A stretch of DNA of 63,485 nt from an uncultured delta proteobacterium (GTDB taxonomy: Bacteria; Desulfobacterota; RBG-13-43-22): contig CAVUPH010000043.1 in assembly GCA_963743305.1 (NCBI GenBank), positions 1-63,485 of the forward strand. The letters are read 5' to 3'. The translations under genes were made by a program, and so were the position numbers. The notes beneath the pieces are model-generated. The model did not search any database, was not told where the DNA came from, and saw nothing but the letters and a program-made list of their open reading frames with translations. Below are positions 19,933 to 30,091 of the stretch, one piece after another (position 1 is the stretch's first letter; each line of letters begins with the position of its first letter).

Positions 19933-20655
19933 TCAAGCGATGTCCTGTCCTAGAAAGGCCCGGCGGACCTTTCCATCCTGCAGCAGGTCTTTCGACCGAC
20001 CGCTGGAGGTGATCTCTCCGGTCTCCAGGACATAGGCCCGCTGAGAGATTTGCAGCGCTCCGCGGGCATTCTGCTCGACCAGCAGAATGGTCCGGCCCTC
20101 ATCCTGGAGCGTCTTGATGATGCGAAAGATCTCCTGAACGATCATGGGGGCCAACCCCAGGGAAGGCTCATCCAACAGGAGCAGTTTGGGGTTGGCCATT
20201 AATCCTCGACCGATGGCCAGCATTTGCTGCTCTCCTCCAGAGAGGGTGCCCGCCCGCTGTTTTCGGCGCTCCTTAAGAATGGGGAAAAGGGCATAAATCC
20301 GCTCTATTTCCTGGATCAGCGCCTTTTTCCTCTCCTGCCGGGAACAGCCATAGGCCCCCATTTCCAGGTTCTCTTTGACCGTCAGGGGGCCAAAAAGCTG
20401 TCGGCTTTCCGGGACCTGAACGATCCCCAGTCGAACCCGTCGCTGCGAATCCGTCCCGCTGACATCCTGCCCCAGAAAACTAATTTTACCTTTCCGCAAG
20501 CGATGGACGCTGGAGAGGCAATTGAGCAAGGTCGTCTTGCCGGCCCCGTTGGCCCCGATCAAGGAAACAATTTCCCCCGGTTTGACTTCCAGGGAGACCC
20601 CTTTTAAGGCCTGGTTGCCGCCGTAATAGGCTTCCAGGTTTTCTACCGCTAACAT
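19933..20655 (-). CDS. ABC transporter ATP-binding protein (LivF-like)
   Basis: GANGAGKT, LSGGEQQ, LLLLDEPSLGL, LVEQN. Confidence 0.92.
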   Translation of the reverse strand: MLAVENLEAYYGGNQALKGVSLEVKPGEIVSLIGANGAGKTTLLNCLSSVHRLRKGKISFLGQDVSGTDSQRRVRLGIVQVPESRQLFGPLTVKENLEMGAYGCSRQERKKALIQEIERIYALFPILKERRKQRAGTLSGGEQQMLAIGRGLMANPKLLLLDEPSLGLAPMIVQEIFRIIKTLQDEGRTILLVEQNARGALQISQRAYVLETGEITSSGRSKDLLQDGKVRRAFLGQDIA

Positions 20656-21410
20656 CCGACCTCGGTCCCCAGGTAGGCCGCCAGGACTTGGGGATCCTTC
20701 TGAATCGCCTCCGGAGGTCCGGCGGCGATCTTTTGTCCAAAATTTAGAACCACGATCTGATCCGATATCCCCATGACCAGGTTCATGTCGTGTTCGACTA
20801 ACAGCACCGAAATCCCCTGAGCGCAGATCCGGCGAATCAGGTTGGCCACCTCCAGGGTCTCGGTCATATTCAGGCCGGCCACCGGTTCGTCCAGCAGAAT
20901 CAGGTCGGGCTGGGAAGCCAGGGCCCGGGCCATTTCGATTCGCTTTTGATCCCCGTAAGACAGACTGGCCGCCGGCCAGGGTCCCTGGTTGCGGAGGTTA
21001 AAAAAATCCAAAATCTCCCAGGCCTTCCGTTCGATCTCCCGCTCCTCCTGACGGACACCCGGGAGAAAAAAGAGGGAGGAGAGGAACTCCTTGTGTGTCC
21101 GGCCGTGCAGACCCACCATCACGTTTTCCAGAACGGTCATGTTTTGAAAAATCTGTATATTCTGAAAGGTCCGGGTCAGCCCCAGACGGGCCAGCCGATA
21201 AGGCCGCTGCCCGGTGACGGAACGCCCGTTAAAAAGAACCCTCCCTTTCTGCGGCCGATAAATTCCCGAAATGACATTGATCGCGGTTGTCTTGCCGGCG
21301 CCGTTGGGTCCGATCAGGGCGGTGATCCGTCCCCGGGGCAGGTCAAAACTCACTTCCCCCAGAGCCATCAATCCCCCAAAACTGATGGAGACCTCCTGAA
21401 CCTGCAGGAT
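20649..21410 (-). CDS. ABC transporter ATP-binding protein (LivG-like); start uncertain
   Basis: GPNGAGKT, RTFQN, LSYGDQK, LLDEPVAG, VEHDM; frame extends upstream of the called TTG as ILQVQEVSISFGG. Confidence 0.88.
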   Translation of the reverse strand: MLQVQEVSISFGGLMALGEVSFDLPRGRITALIGPNGAGKTTAINVISGIYRPQKGRVLFNGRSVTGQRPYRLARLGLTRTFQNIQIFQNMTVLENVMVGLHGRTHKEFLSSLFFLPGVRQEEREIERKAWEILDFFNLRNQGPWPAASLSYGDQKRIEMARALASQPDLILLDEPVAGLNMTETLEVANLIRRICAQGISVLLVEHDMNLVMGISDQIVVLNFGQKIAAGPPEAIQKDPQVLAAYLGTEVGC

Positions 21411-21483
21411 AAAGATTCCGGTCCCCGCAAGTCAAAAACGACTTTTTTCGAGTCCATCACAACTCACCGGAGATCCGCACCGC

Positions 21484-22440
21484 TCAAGTTCCGTTTCCTG
21501 CGCCGAACCGGTTTCGAAGGGCGACCACCACCCCTTCGGGTAAAAAGATTAGAATAAAGACCAGGATTAATCCATAAAAGATATCCTTATATTCATCAAA
21601 AAAGTGCAGCATCCCCGGTAGAGGGGTGATGAAGGTAGTCCCGAAAAGGGTTCCCCAAATACTGCCCATACCACCGACGATGACCATGGTCACCAATTCG
21701 ATGGAAAAGAAGATATCGAAGGTCTTCGGGCTGATAAAAGTCAAATAGTGGGCATAGAGGCTCCCGGCCAGGGAGGCATAGAGGGCGCTCAAAACAAAGA
21801 CCTTCACTTTGTAGACTGCGGTTTTTACGCCCAGGGAACCGGCGGCCACTTCGCTTCCGTGCAAGGCCCGGAGGCCTCGGCCGACCCGGGAATGAACCAG
21901 GTTTAAGGCCAGGGCAATCCCGACAAAAGTAAAGAACCAGATCAAATAGTACATCTTTAGGTCGGAATCGAAGACCAGGCTCCCGATTTTCAGGTTGGGT
22001 ATCCCGGGAAACCCGGAAGGACCGCCGGTGACCTGATCCCACTGGATCATAACAATATTGACGATGATATTAAATCCGAGGGTGGCCATAACCAAATAAT
22101 GGCCGTGCAATTTCAGGGTAGGGATACCGATCAGCAAGGCCAGCAACCCGGTGACCATCAAGGCCAGGCCCATGGCGGTCCAAGGAGAAAAATGATAACT
22201 GACCGTCAAAATTCCGGAAAGATAGGCCCCCAGGCCATAAAAAGCGGCGTGGCCCAGAGAGATCTGGCCGGCATACCCGATCAGCAGATTGAGCCCCACC
22301 ACGATCAGGGTGTTCAGGCCGATGATATTGACTACGTTCAAATAATAAGGATTGTTGATGACCAGGGGGAAGAGGAGGAGGATCAGGCCCAGGAGCAGCA
22401 AGCCCAAATAGGATTTATTCTTGATCCATCCCCAAATCAT
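21484..22440 (-). CDS. ABC transporter permease (LivM-like)
   Basis: GYAGQISLGHAAFYGLGAY, TGGPSG, GGMGS, FLPEG. Confidence 0.9.
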   Translation of the reverse strand: MIWGWIKNKSYLGLLLLGLILLLFPLVINNPYYLNVVNIIGLNTLIVVGLNLLIGYAGQISLGHAAFYGLGAYLSGILTVSYHFSPWTAMGLALMVTGLLALLIGIPTLKLHGHYLVMATLGFNIIVNIVMIQWDQVTGGPSGFPGIPNLKIGSLVFDSDLKMYYLIWFFTFVGIALALNLVHSRVGRGLRALHGSEVAAGSLGVKTAVYKVKVFVLSALYASLAGSLYAHYLTFISPKTFDIFFSIELVTMVIVGGMGSIWGTLFGTTFITPLPGMLHFFDEYKDIFYGLILVFILIFLPEGVVVALRNRFGAGNGT

Positions 22441-22444
22441 CAGG

Positions 22445-23331
22445 TTAGACCCGTTCCTTTTCGCCGAAGCCCAATAGGCCGCTCGGTTTCACAAACAAAA
22501 CCAGGAGCAGGATGATAAAGGCGAGCACATCTTTATAGCTGGAAGAGATCAGACCGGCCCCCAACGATTCCAAAACCCCCAACAACAAGCCGCCGATGAC
22601 GGCCCCAATAATATTTCCATACCCTCCCAAGACCGCGGCGGCAAACCCCTTTAACCCCAGCATGACGCCGATATCGTAAGACAAGGTGGTAATCGGGAAC
22701 GATAATAATGCCGGCAATGGCCCCCAAGGCCCCGCTCAGGGCAAAGGAGAGGAGGATCATGCGGTTGACATTGACCCCCATCAGGGCGGCGGCCCGGGGG
22801 TTGAAGGAGGTGGCCCGCATGGCCTTGCCCGTCAAGCTGTGATTAAAAAAGAGATGGAGGATGACCACGACGGCCAAGGTAATGAAGAAAATCCAGACGC
22901 TTTGAGGCAGCACCGCGGCCCGTAAAAGGATAAAGGGCGTATCCCCGCTAAAGGGAGGCACGGCCATCTGGTTTTTCCCCCAGATCACTTTAAAGGTCCC
23001 GCGCATCAGGATGGAAACCCCGATGGTAATAAATATCAGGACGATGACCGCGCGGGACTTGGCCGGTCGGATGGCCAACCGCTCCACCAGACCCCCCCGC
23101 CAGCGTAACGGTGATGACCGCTAATACGAAGGCCAGGGGCAGCGGCAGGCCCAGGCCCAGCAAAAAGGTATACATCATCAATCCGCCCAAGGTGATGAAA
23201 TCCACCTGGGTGAAATTCACAATCCCGGTGGCATTATGAATAATACAAAAACCGAGGGCGATGAGGGCATAGATGCTGCCGGTGGTTAGGCCGGAAACAA
23301 TGAATTGGGCTACTTGGTCGCCTATGGGCAT
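22445..23331 (-). CDS. ABC transporter permease (LivH-like); two frameshifts
   Basis: Joined ORFs 22990..23331, 22533..23087 and 22445..22717: GSIYALIALG, GKAMRA, KGFAAAVLGG, KPSGLLG. Confidence 0.85.
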
Positions 23332-23396
23332 AAACGGTTTCTATTAAGATCCGCCAGAACCGAAGGACGGGTTATTGGGGCGTTGTGTTGGAGTTA

Positions 23397-23455
23397 TTTG
23401 AGCGCTTGCTTTAACCTTCCGCTCTACCCTAATAAAAAAACCCCTTTTTTGTCAA
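23397..23455 (-). promoter_or_regulatory. Sigma70-like promoter for the transporter/catabolic operon with a putative TetR operator
   Basis: TTGACA (23455-23450), 18 nt, TAGGGT (23431-23426); operator-like TTTGAGCGCTTGCTTTAA at 23397-23414. Confidence 0.55.
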
Positions 23456-23462
23456 TATTTAT

Positions 23463-24068
23463 TTAGCTGTTTTTTAGCTGTTTTGCCCCAGCTCCCCGCT
23501 TCCGATAGATCCCCTGGGTAAAAATCGTATAGAAAATCTCGGAGAGTTCTTCCAATTTCACTTTCCCGTCCGGTCGATACCAGCGATAGGCCCAACTGAC
23601 CATGCCGAAAAAAGCATAGGCGCAGACCGTCAGGTCGATATCGAGCATCTCCCCCTGGTCCTGGAGCTGTTGCAGGATAGCAATAAGCCGGCTCACATAC
23701 TCGCTTTGTTTCTGATTTAGCTCTTTCCGATGGCCGGGGCTCAACGATCGTTGATCATGGACCAAGAGTTTCATTTTATCAAAGTCCACGGCCGCCGTGG
23801 TATGAATTCGGAGGGTCAGGGCCAATTTTTCCTTTAAGGGTCTGGGGCTTTGTTCAATTTCGGTAATTCGTTCCAATCCGGTGCGAATGACCTCTTCCAG
23901 GATCTGGTAGAGTAATTGCTCTTTACTATCGAAATAATAATACAGAGAGGCATTATTAATCCCCGCGGCCCCGGCGATATCGCGGGTGGTGGTATTTTCA
24001 AAGCCTTTCTCGGCAAAGAGTTTGGCGGCGACCTCCCGGATCTTGGTTCTTTTTTCTTCTTTGGGCAT
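23463..24068 (-). CDS. TetR/AcrR-family transcriptional regulator
   Basis: AAKLFAEKGFENTTTRDIA..LYYYFDSKEQL HTH; C-terminal WYRPDG. Confidence 0.92.
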   Translation of the reverse strand: MPKEEKRTKIREVAAKLFAEKGFENTTTRDIAGAAGINNASLYYYFDSKEQLLYQILEEVIRTGLERITEIEQSPRPLKEKLALTLRIHTTAAVDFDKMKLLVHDQRSLSPGHRKELNQKQSEYVSRLIAILQQLQDQGEMLDIDLTVCAYAFFGMVSWAYRWYRPDGKVKLEELSEIFYTIFTQGIYRKRGAGAKQLKNS

Positions 24069-24094
24069 GTTCCCATCAGCCTGTCGGGTGTTGA

Positions 24095-24141
24095 TTTAAG
24101 CAATTGCCTTAAGCATAATCTCAACCCTGACAAAAAGTCAA
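24095..24141 (-). promoter_or_regulatory. tetR promoter with putative autoregulatory operator
   Basis: TTGACT (24141-24136), 18 nt, TATGCT (24117-24112); near-palindrome TTTAAGCAATTGCCTTAA at 24095-24112. Confidence 0.55.
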
Positions 24142-24284
24142 ACGCTTCTTCGATTCCACGATAAAGTATTGACAAGACCCCCTATTTTTGGCTAAATTTA
24201 AACTAATAGGGCCGTGGGGCATGACTCCCTGCGGTTTTTTTGACCCAAAAACGAAGGGTTTAACCCAAATAAAGGAGGTGTCTT

Positions 24285-25191
24285 ATGGCCTTGACCGATT
24301 TTTCCGGTTGCCATGTCCCGTTCGTAACACCCTTTAAGGACGATTTCTCTCTGGATGAAGACGGCCTGCGCCGCTTGATCAATTATTTAATTGAAGAGGA
24401 AAAGGTGGACGGATTGGTCCCCTGCGGGACCACCGGGGAATCGCCCACGCTGGACCACGAGGAACATAATAAGGTCATCGAGATCACCGTCAAGGAAACC
24501 CGGGGGAGGGTCCCGGTCATCGCCGGTACGGGATCGAACAGCACCCAGGAAGCGATCATGATGACCCGCCACGCCGAAGAGGCGGGCGCCGATGCCACCC
24601 TGCAGGTGGGCCCCTACTACAATAAGCCGACCATGGACGGGATGCTGGCCCATTTTGAGGCCATCGCCAAAAACACCAAGCTGCCTATCCTGATTTATAA
24701 TATTCCGGGCCGTACCGGGAAGAACATCGAACCCCAGACTATCATCCAACTGGCGGAAATCGATAATATCGTCGGCCTCAAGGATGCCTGCGCCGATCTC
24801 GGCCAGACCATGGAGATCATTGCCGGGACCAAGCGAAAAGGAAAGACCTTTTATGTCCTTTCCGGGGAAGATGCCCTGACCTACGGCATGATGGCCCTGG
24901 GCGGAGACGGCGCCATCAGCGCGGTGGCCAATGTGATCGGCAAAGAATACACCCAGATGTGTCGTCTGATGAAGGAGGGTAAATCCGCCGAGGCGCTGGA
25001 GATCCACTATCGGACGCTGCCTTTGGTGAAAACACTTCTTCATTGAGACCAACCCGGTCCCGGTCAAGGAAGCCATGCAGATGATGGGCCTTCCGGCCGG
25101 CCCCCCGCGGCTCCCCCTGGTGCCCATGAAGCCGGCCAATCGGGAAAAACTGCGGAAGGACCTGGTCGCCGTGGGGCGATTGAAGGGTTAA
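24285..25191 (+). CDS. dapA: 4-hydroxy-tetrahydrodipicolinate synthase; frameshift near 25040
   Basis: [35 protein letters not shown]; continues as ETNPVPVK to TAA 25189-25191. Confidence 0.9.
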
Positions 25192-25220
25192 TGCTCAAGG
25201 ACGGTTTTTTCGTTTAATCC

Positions 25221-25256
25221 AAAAAAAGGGGGGATATGCGGATCCCCCATTTTTAT
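25221..25256. terminator. Probable bidirectional intrinsic terminator
   Basis: A-run, GGGGGAT/ATCCCCC stem, T-run between convergent genes. Confidence 0.55.
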
Positions 25257-25339
25257 GTGGAGTTATTGCCTTATGGGACAACCCTTGGTTACGGATAGCA
25301 GGAAGTACTCCTAAATCTCATCCGAATTCTTCTTGCCCT

Positions 25340-26552
25340 CTAATAAGTCCTTCTTATGTGTTGGGCCCCTAAATTAGAGGGATTGTCGATCTTGGTTAAA
25401 AGTGTGACCCATTCTCGGCTCTGGCCGGGGCTCAAGGCGATGAAAGCGTCAGAGTTAAGATTCCGTCTATTTATTGTCGCGGCCAGTTCCTGCACGGCAT
25501 CGTCAAAGCCATCCGGTCCAAGCTGGAACACCTGGTAATGGGCCGCGATGCTGACCTGCGCGTCCAGGTCCAGGTGGGCCTGGACGGCCTCCCTTGGCCT
25601 CATGTGGACGCGGAGGCGATAGTCGGCAGCAGGGTTATCCGGGGATTGCGGCTGGAAAGGGGATATCGGAAGGATGGCCACCCGGATGGGTGAAAAACGG
25701 CGGGCGATCTCCCGGAAATGGGGGCCATATCCCGTATCCCCGGAATAAAAGACATTTCCCGAAGGGCCGGAGACGACAAAACCTCCCCAGAGGGTCCGGT
25801 TACGGTCCCACAGCGTTCGTGATGAAAAGTGCTGGGCCGGAACCAGGGTAACCATGACGTCTGATGACAATGGAACGGATCGCCACCAATCGAGCTCGTC
25901 CACTGTGAAGAATGCCCGTGTCTCGAACCAGGTCTCGGTTGCCGAGCGGCACTAGGCAACGGGGTGTGCCTTTTTTCGCGAGACGTTCCAGTGTGGGCAG
26001 ATCAAGATGATCGTAGTGATTGTGGGACACCAGCACGGCATCAATGGGAGGCAGGTCCTCGAAACGGATGCCCGGCCGGCTATGTCTCTGGGGACCCGCC
26101 CACGATACCGGACTGCAGCGGTCCGACCAAATGGGATCCAGCAAAAGGTTGAGCCCATCCATTTGAATCAGGAAGGTGGCATGACCGACCGGGGTAATCC
26201 GGAGGGCCCCTTTCGGCACGCGGGCCGGAGGCGGTGGTCCGGTGGAGAAATCGTTGAAGTCCGGCCACTGCGGCCAATCGTTACCGACCATCCACCGCCA
26301 GACCCATCCCAGGACCCCCCGTTTCGGCCCCTCACCCGTGATGGAAGGTGAATTCGGGTTGAAATACCTGTTGCCGTCAAAGTGATTCGAAACCGGCTGC
26401 ACCTTATCGGCGGAAGGTCCCATCCTCGCTCCGCAGGCGCCGAGTAACAGAAAAGATAATAAAAACAAAGAGGCTATCAACCGCCTAAGGTTATTTTTGA
26501 AAAGCCCTTTCATTCCACCTTTCCCCGGATCCTTCCTTTTCACGGGCACCAT
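25340..26552 (-). CDS. MBL-fold metallo-hydrolase (RomA/NAPE-PLD-like), probable lipoprotein; frameshift near 25905
   Basis: LLGAC lipobox, GHAT, SHNHYDHLD, PAQHFS.R, SGDTGY. Confidence 0.85.
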
Positions 26553-26745
26553 TTCTTACCGGATTATCCCTCTTTCTGGAGCCGACAAGCATTATATTCG
26601 AATTGCCAGGGGTTCGAGCAGAAAAAACGTTATTATTTGAAAAGATCAGTCTAAAGGGTTCCATCACCCGGCCCTCAACCTAAAATGCCTGCCTTTTTGA
26701 GGGCTTAAGCGCCAATGGCCCCTCGCTTCTTTTTTTTTGCTTGAC

Positions 26746-26792
26746 ATACCATATCTTGTATTTTAACCTCTGTCATCCACCATATAAAGGAT
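26746..26792 (+). promoter_or_regulatory. Tandem NrdR boxes
   Basis: ATACCATATCTTGTAT (26746-26761) and CCACCATATAAAGGAT (26777-26792) resemble the acaCwAtATaTwGtgt consensus; 31 bp apart; overlap TTGACA at 26741. Confidence 0.7.
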
Positions 26793-26861
26793 GGCCGGTC
26801 CGTTGAAACAAGCCCGTCGGCCGTCCGCTTCGTTTTTAACCGCCAAAACTAAGGAATTTCT

Positions 26862-28986
26862 ATGGGTTCTGTCATCGAGTTTTCCCGCGAGTCGGCCGAT
26901 CCGGCCTCCAGAGAAACCACGGATCTGGCCCTGTTTGTTCGGACCTCAGACGAAGATCTGATTACCTGGGACCGCCGGCGCATCGTCCAGGCCCTGGTTC
27001 GGGAAACGCTGGTGGACGAGGACACGGCGGAGGCCATCAGCCGCGAAGTGGAGGAAATGATATTCACTTCCCGGATCACCATGGTCACCGCCCCGCTGAT
27101 CCGGGAGCTGGTAAACGCCAAGCTGGTCGAGCGGGGGCTGGAAAAGCCGCGGCGCCGTCATACTCGACTGGGCGTCCCCTGGTATGACGTGGACCAGTTG
27201 ATCGTCCACCCCAACAGGGAAAACGCCAATGTGCCCCACGGCCCCGAGGCCACCAACCTGACCCTGGCCGAAGGGATCAAGAAAGAATACGCCCTGCTGA
27301 CCGTTTTTTCCCCGGAAGTGGGCGACGCCCACATGCGCGGCGATCTCCATCTCCATGATCTGGGGTTTATCGACCGCCCGTATTGTTCCGGTCAATCTCT
27401 GGAATACATCAAAAAATTCGGCCTGAACTTGCCCAACGCCCTTTCCATGGCCAAACCGGCCAAACACCCGGAAGTGCTGCTGGCCCACATGGTCAAGTTT
27501 GCGGCGGCCCTGCAGTGCCATTTCGCCGGCGCCATCGGCTGGGATGCCGTCAACCTGTTCTTTGCCCCCTACCTGGAAGGGTTGTCGGACCAGGAGATCA
27601 AACAGTTGGCCCAGATGCTGATTTTTGAATTCTCCCAGCAGGCCGTGGCCCGGGGAGGGCAGGCCATCTTCACCGACATCAATCTCTACTGGGAAGTTCC
27701 AAAACATTTTGAATCGGTACCGGCCATCGGGCCCGGGGGAGAATACACCGGAAAAACGTATGCCGATTACCTGCCGCTGGCCCAAAAATTCGTCTGGCTC
27801 CTTTTTGAGGTATTTAAAGAAGGAGATGGTTCAGGGCGGCCTTTCTTCTTCCCCAAACCCCTGGTCCATATTACCGAGAAATTCTTTGAGACACCCGGAC
27901 ACCAGGAATTTCTAAATCACATCTGCGAAGTGGCTGCTTTGAAGGGTAACACCTATTTCGTTTTTGACCGGGGCCAGACCGCTAAAATTTCCGAATGCTG
28001 CCGGCTGAGTTTCAAACTGGAAGCCCGGGACCTGGAAGATGCCAAGGAGCCCTGGCGGATGCGGTATTGCGCCTTGCAGAACGTGACCCTCAACCTGCCC
28101 CGTATCGCCTATGAGGCCGGGGGAGAAGATACCGCCCTTTTCTCCAAACTGGCCGACACCCTCGAACTGGCCGTGGAGGCCCATCTTCAAAAAAGGGCTT
28201 TCATTCAAAAACTGCTCCAACTGGGGGAGACCGGGCCTCTGTCCCTGTTGACCATGAACCGGGATGGCAGTCCCTATTTGCGTCTGGACCGGGCCACTCA
28301 TCTCCTCGGCATGGTGGGACTAAACGAATTGGTACAATTCCATACCGGGGAGGAACTCCAGACCAGCGACCGGTCCATCAAATTTGGCCTAAAGGTCATC
28401 GCCTATATGAAATTGGTGGCCGACCGGTTCGGTCAGAAACATGGCCTGCACCTGGTTTTGGAACAGACCCCGGCGGAAAGCACGGCCTACCGTTTTGCCA
28501 AGCTGGATATGGAAAAATACCCGGGCCGGGCCCAAAGCCGTCGTTAAGGGAAATATTTCCCGGGGAGAGATTTACTACACCAATTCCACCCTTTTCAACG
28601 TCTCGGCGCCGATCAACCCCATCGACCGGGTCCGCTACGAGGGACTGTTTCACCCGCTGATCGAGGCCGGGGCCCTGACCCACATTTGGATCGGAGAATC
28701 CAAGCCGGATCCAGTGGCCTTGGCCGGTTTCGTCGTCAAAACATTCAGGAAAACCAAGAACGATCAGATCGCCTTTTCCCCGGAATTCACCACCTGCCGG
28801 GACTGCGGTCGGACCAGCCGGGGTCTGGCCGAACGCTGCCCGCTCTGCCATTCCCCGGAAGTGGACGGCATTACCCGGATTACCGGCTATTTCACCAAGA
28901 TTTCCGGTTGGAATAAAGGCAAGAAGGGTGAATTAGCCGATCGTTTTCGCAACAGTCCTTTTCTTAAGAAATCCCAATCCTCATAA
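26862..28986 (+). CDS. nrdD: Anaerobic (class III) ribonucleoside-triphosphate reductase with ATP cone; frameshift near 28532
   Basis: HLHDL, RPYC, ECCRL, EQTPAES, YYTNS, CxxC..CxxC and glycyl-radical motif RITGY. Confidence 0.92.
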
Positions 28987-28998
28987 AAGGAGAGGTCC

Positions 28999-29265
28999 AT
29001 GACCCTGTTTACCAAAGCCGACTGCCAAAAATGCCACTATATCAAAGGGAAATTCGATCTAACGGTCTTAGGGATTCGGGAAGAAATCCTGGGCGAAGAC
29101 AATCCGGAAGCCTTGGCTCACCTGGCCTGGCATGAACTGGTGGAGACGGCCCAAAAAGAGCTGCCTATCTTGATCCTGGATGATTCAACGTCCGTCATCG
29201 GGGCGATTCCCATTAAGAAGTATTTATCGGGAAAACGCGCCGCCCGTTCCCCTTATGGAAATTAA
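28999..29265 (+). CDS. Glutaredoxin/NrdH-like redoxin
   Basis: FTKADCQKC, ELP motif, 88 aa, between nrdD and the activase. Confidence 0.7.
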   Translation: MTLFTKADCQKCHYIKGKFDLTVLGIREEILGEDNPEALAHLAWHELVETAQKELPILILDDSTSVIGAIPIKKYLSGKRAARSPYGN

Positions 29266-29905
29266 AGGCTTTTTAGAAACTTCCTTTATCGACTGGCCGG
29301 AAAAAATCTGCGCCGTTCTTTTTCTTCCTTTCTGTAATTTTCGCTGCCCCTACTGCCACAACCACGGCCTGATCCTCCGTCCGGAGGAATACGAGACCCT
29401 GCCCTGGCCTTTTATCCGGGAACGATTCCAGACCCTTCGGGGTTGGCTGGATGGGGTTTGTGTCTCCGGGGGTGAACCCACGCTGCACCCGGACCTGCCG
29501 GATCTCCTCATGGCCATCAAGGCCCTGGGCTTTCCGGTCAAACTGGATACCAACGGGACCCGGCCCAAGGTACTGCAATTTTTGGTGGAGGAAAAGCTAG
29601 TGGATTTCGTGGCCCTGGACGTCAAGGCGCCCCTGGAAGCCGATCCCTACAGTCGCTGTGCCGGGGTCCCGGTCACGGTAGAGGCCATTCGCGAATCCAT
29701 TGCCCTGTTGCTTTCCGGAAGGGTGCCCTACCAGTTTCGAACCACGGTGGTCCCGGCCATGCATACCCCGGAAATCCTGGCCCGCATGGGTCGCGAATTA
29801 AAAGACGCGATTAGTTGGACCCGCCAGGAATTCCGACCCGGAGACGTGCTGGACCCGGATTTCCTGGCCGGCCTTTCCCTTGACCAAAGCAAGTCGTTTC
29901 ATTAG
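29255..29905 (+). CDS. nrdG: Anaerobic RNR activating enzyme (radical SAM)
   Basis: CNFRCPYCHN, SGGEPT, KLDTNG, FRTT; ATG 29255 is in frame with ORF 29180..29905. Confidence 0.88.
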   Translation: MEIKGFLETSFIDWPEKICAVLFLPFCNFRCPYCHNHGLILRPEEYETLPWPFIRERFQTLRGWLDGVCVSGGEPTLHPDLPDLLMAIKALGFPVKLDTNGTRPKVLQFLVEEKLVDFVALDVKAPLEADPYSRCAGVPVTVEAIRESIALLLSGRVPYQFRTTVVPAMHTPEILARMGRELKDAISWTRQEFRPGDVLDPDFLAGLSLDQSKSFH

Positions 29906-30091
29906 GTGCTTACATCCATTGTTCTGAGAATTTGTCTCTAACAAGGGAAATTTATCCGGATAAATTTCCTTATCAAGAAATATTACCCTATTGACAAACC
30001 AGTAGTGACTTGATAGGAATAACCCTATTGCACTATTTTTCACCAATTCCCTAATTTTCTTCAACTTTTCTTTATTCTTTAGGGAGGGCTT

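Noticed and set aside
24181-24284. Lysine riboswitch before dapA
   Set aside because: Leader far too short and lacks L-box conserved elements
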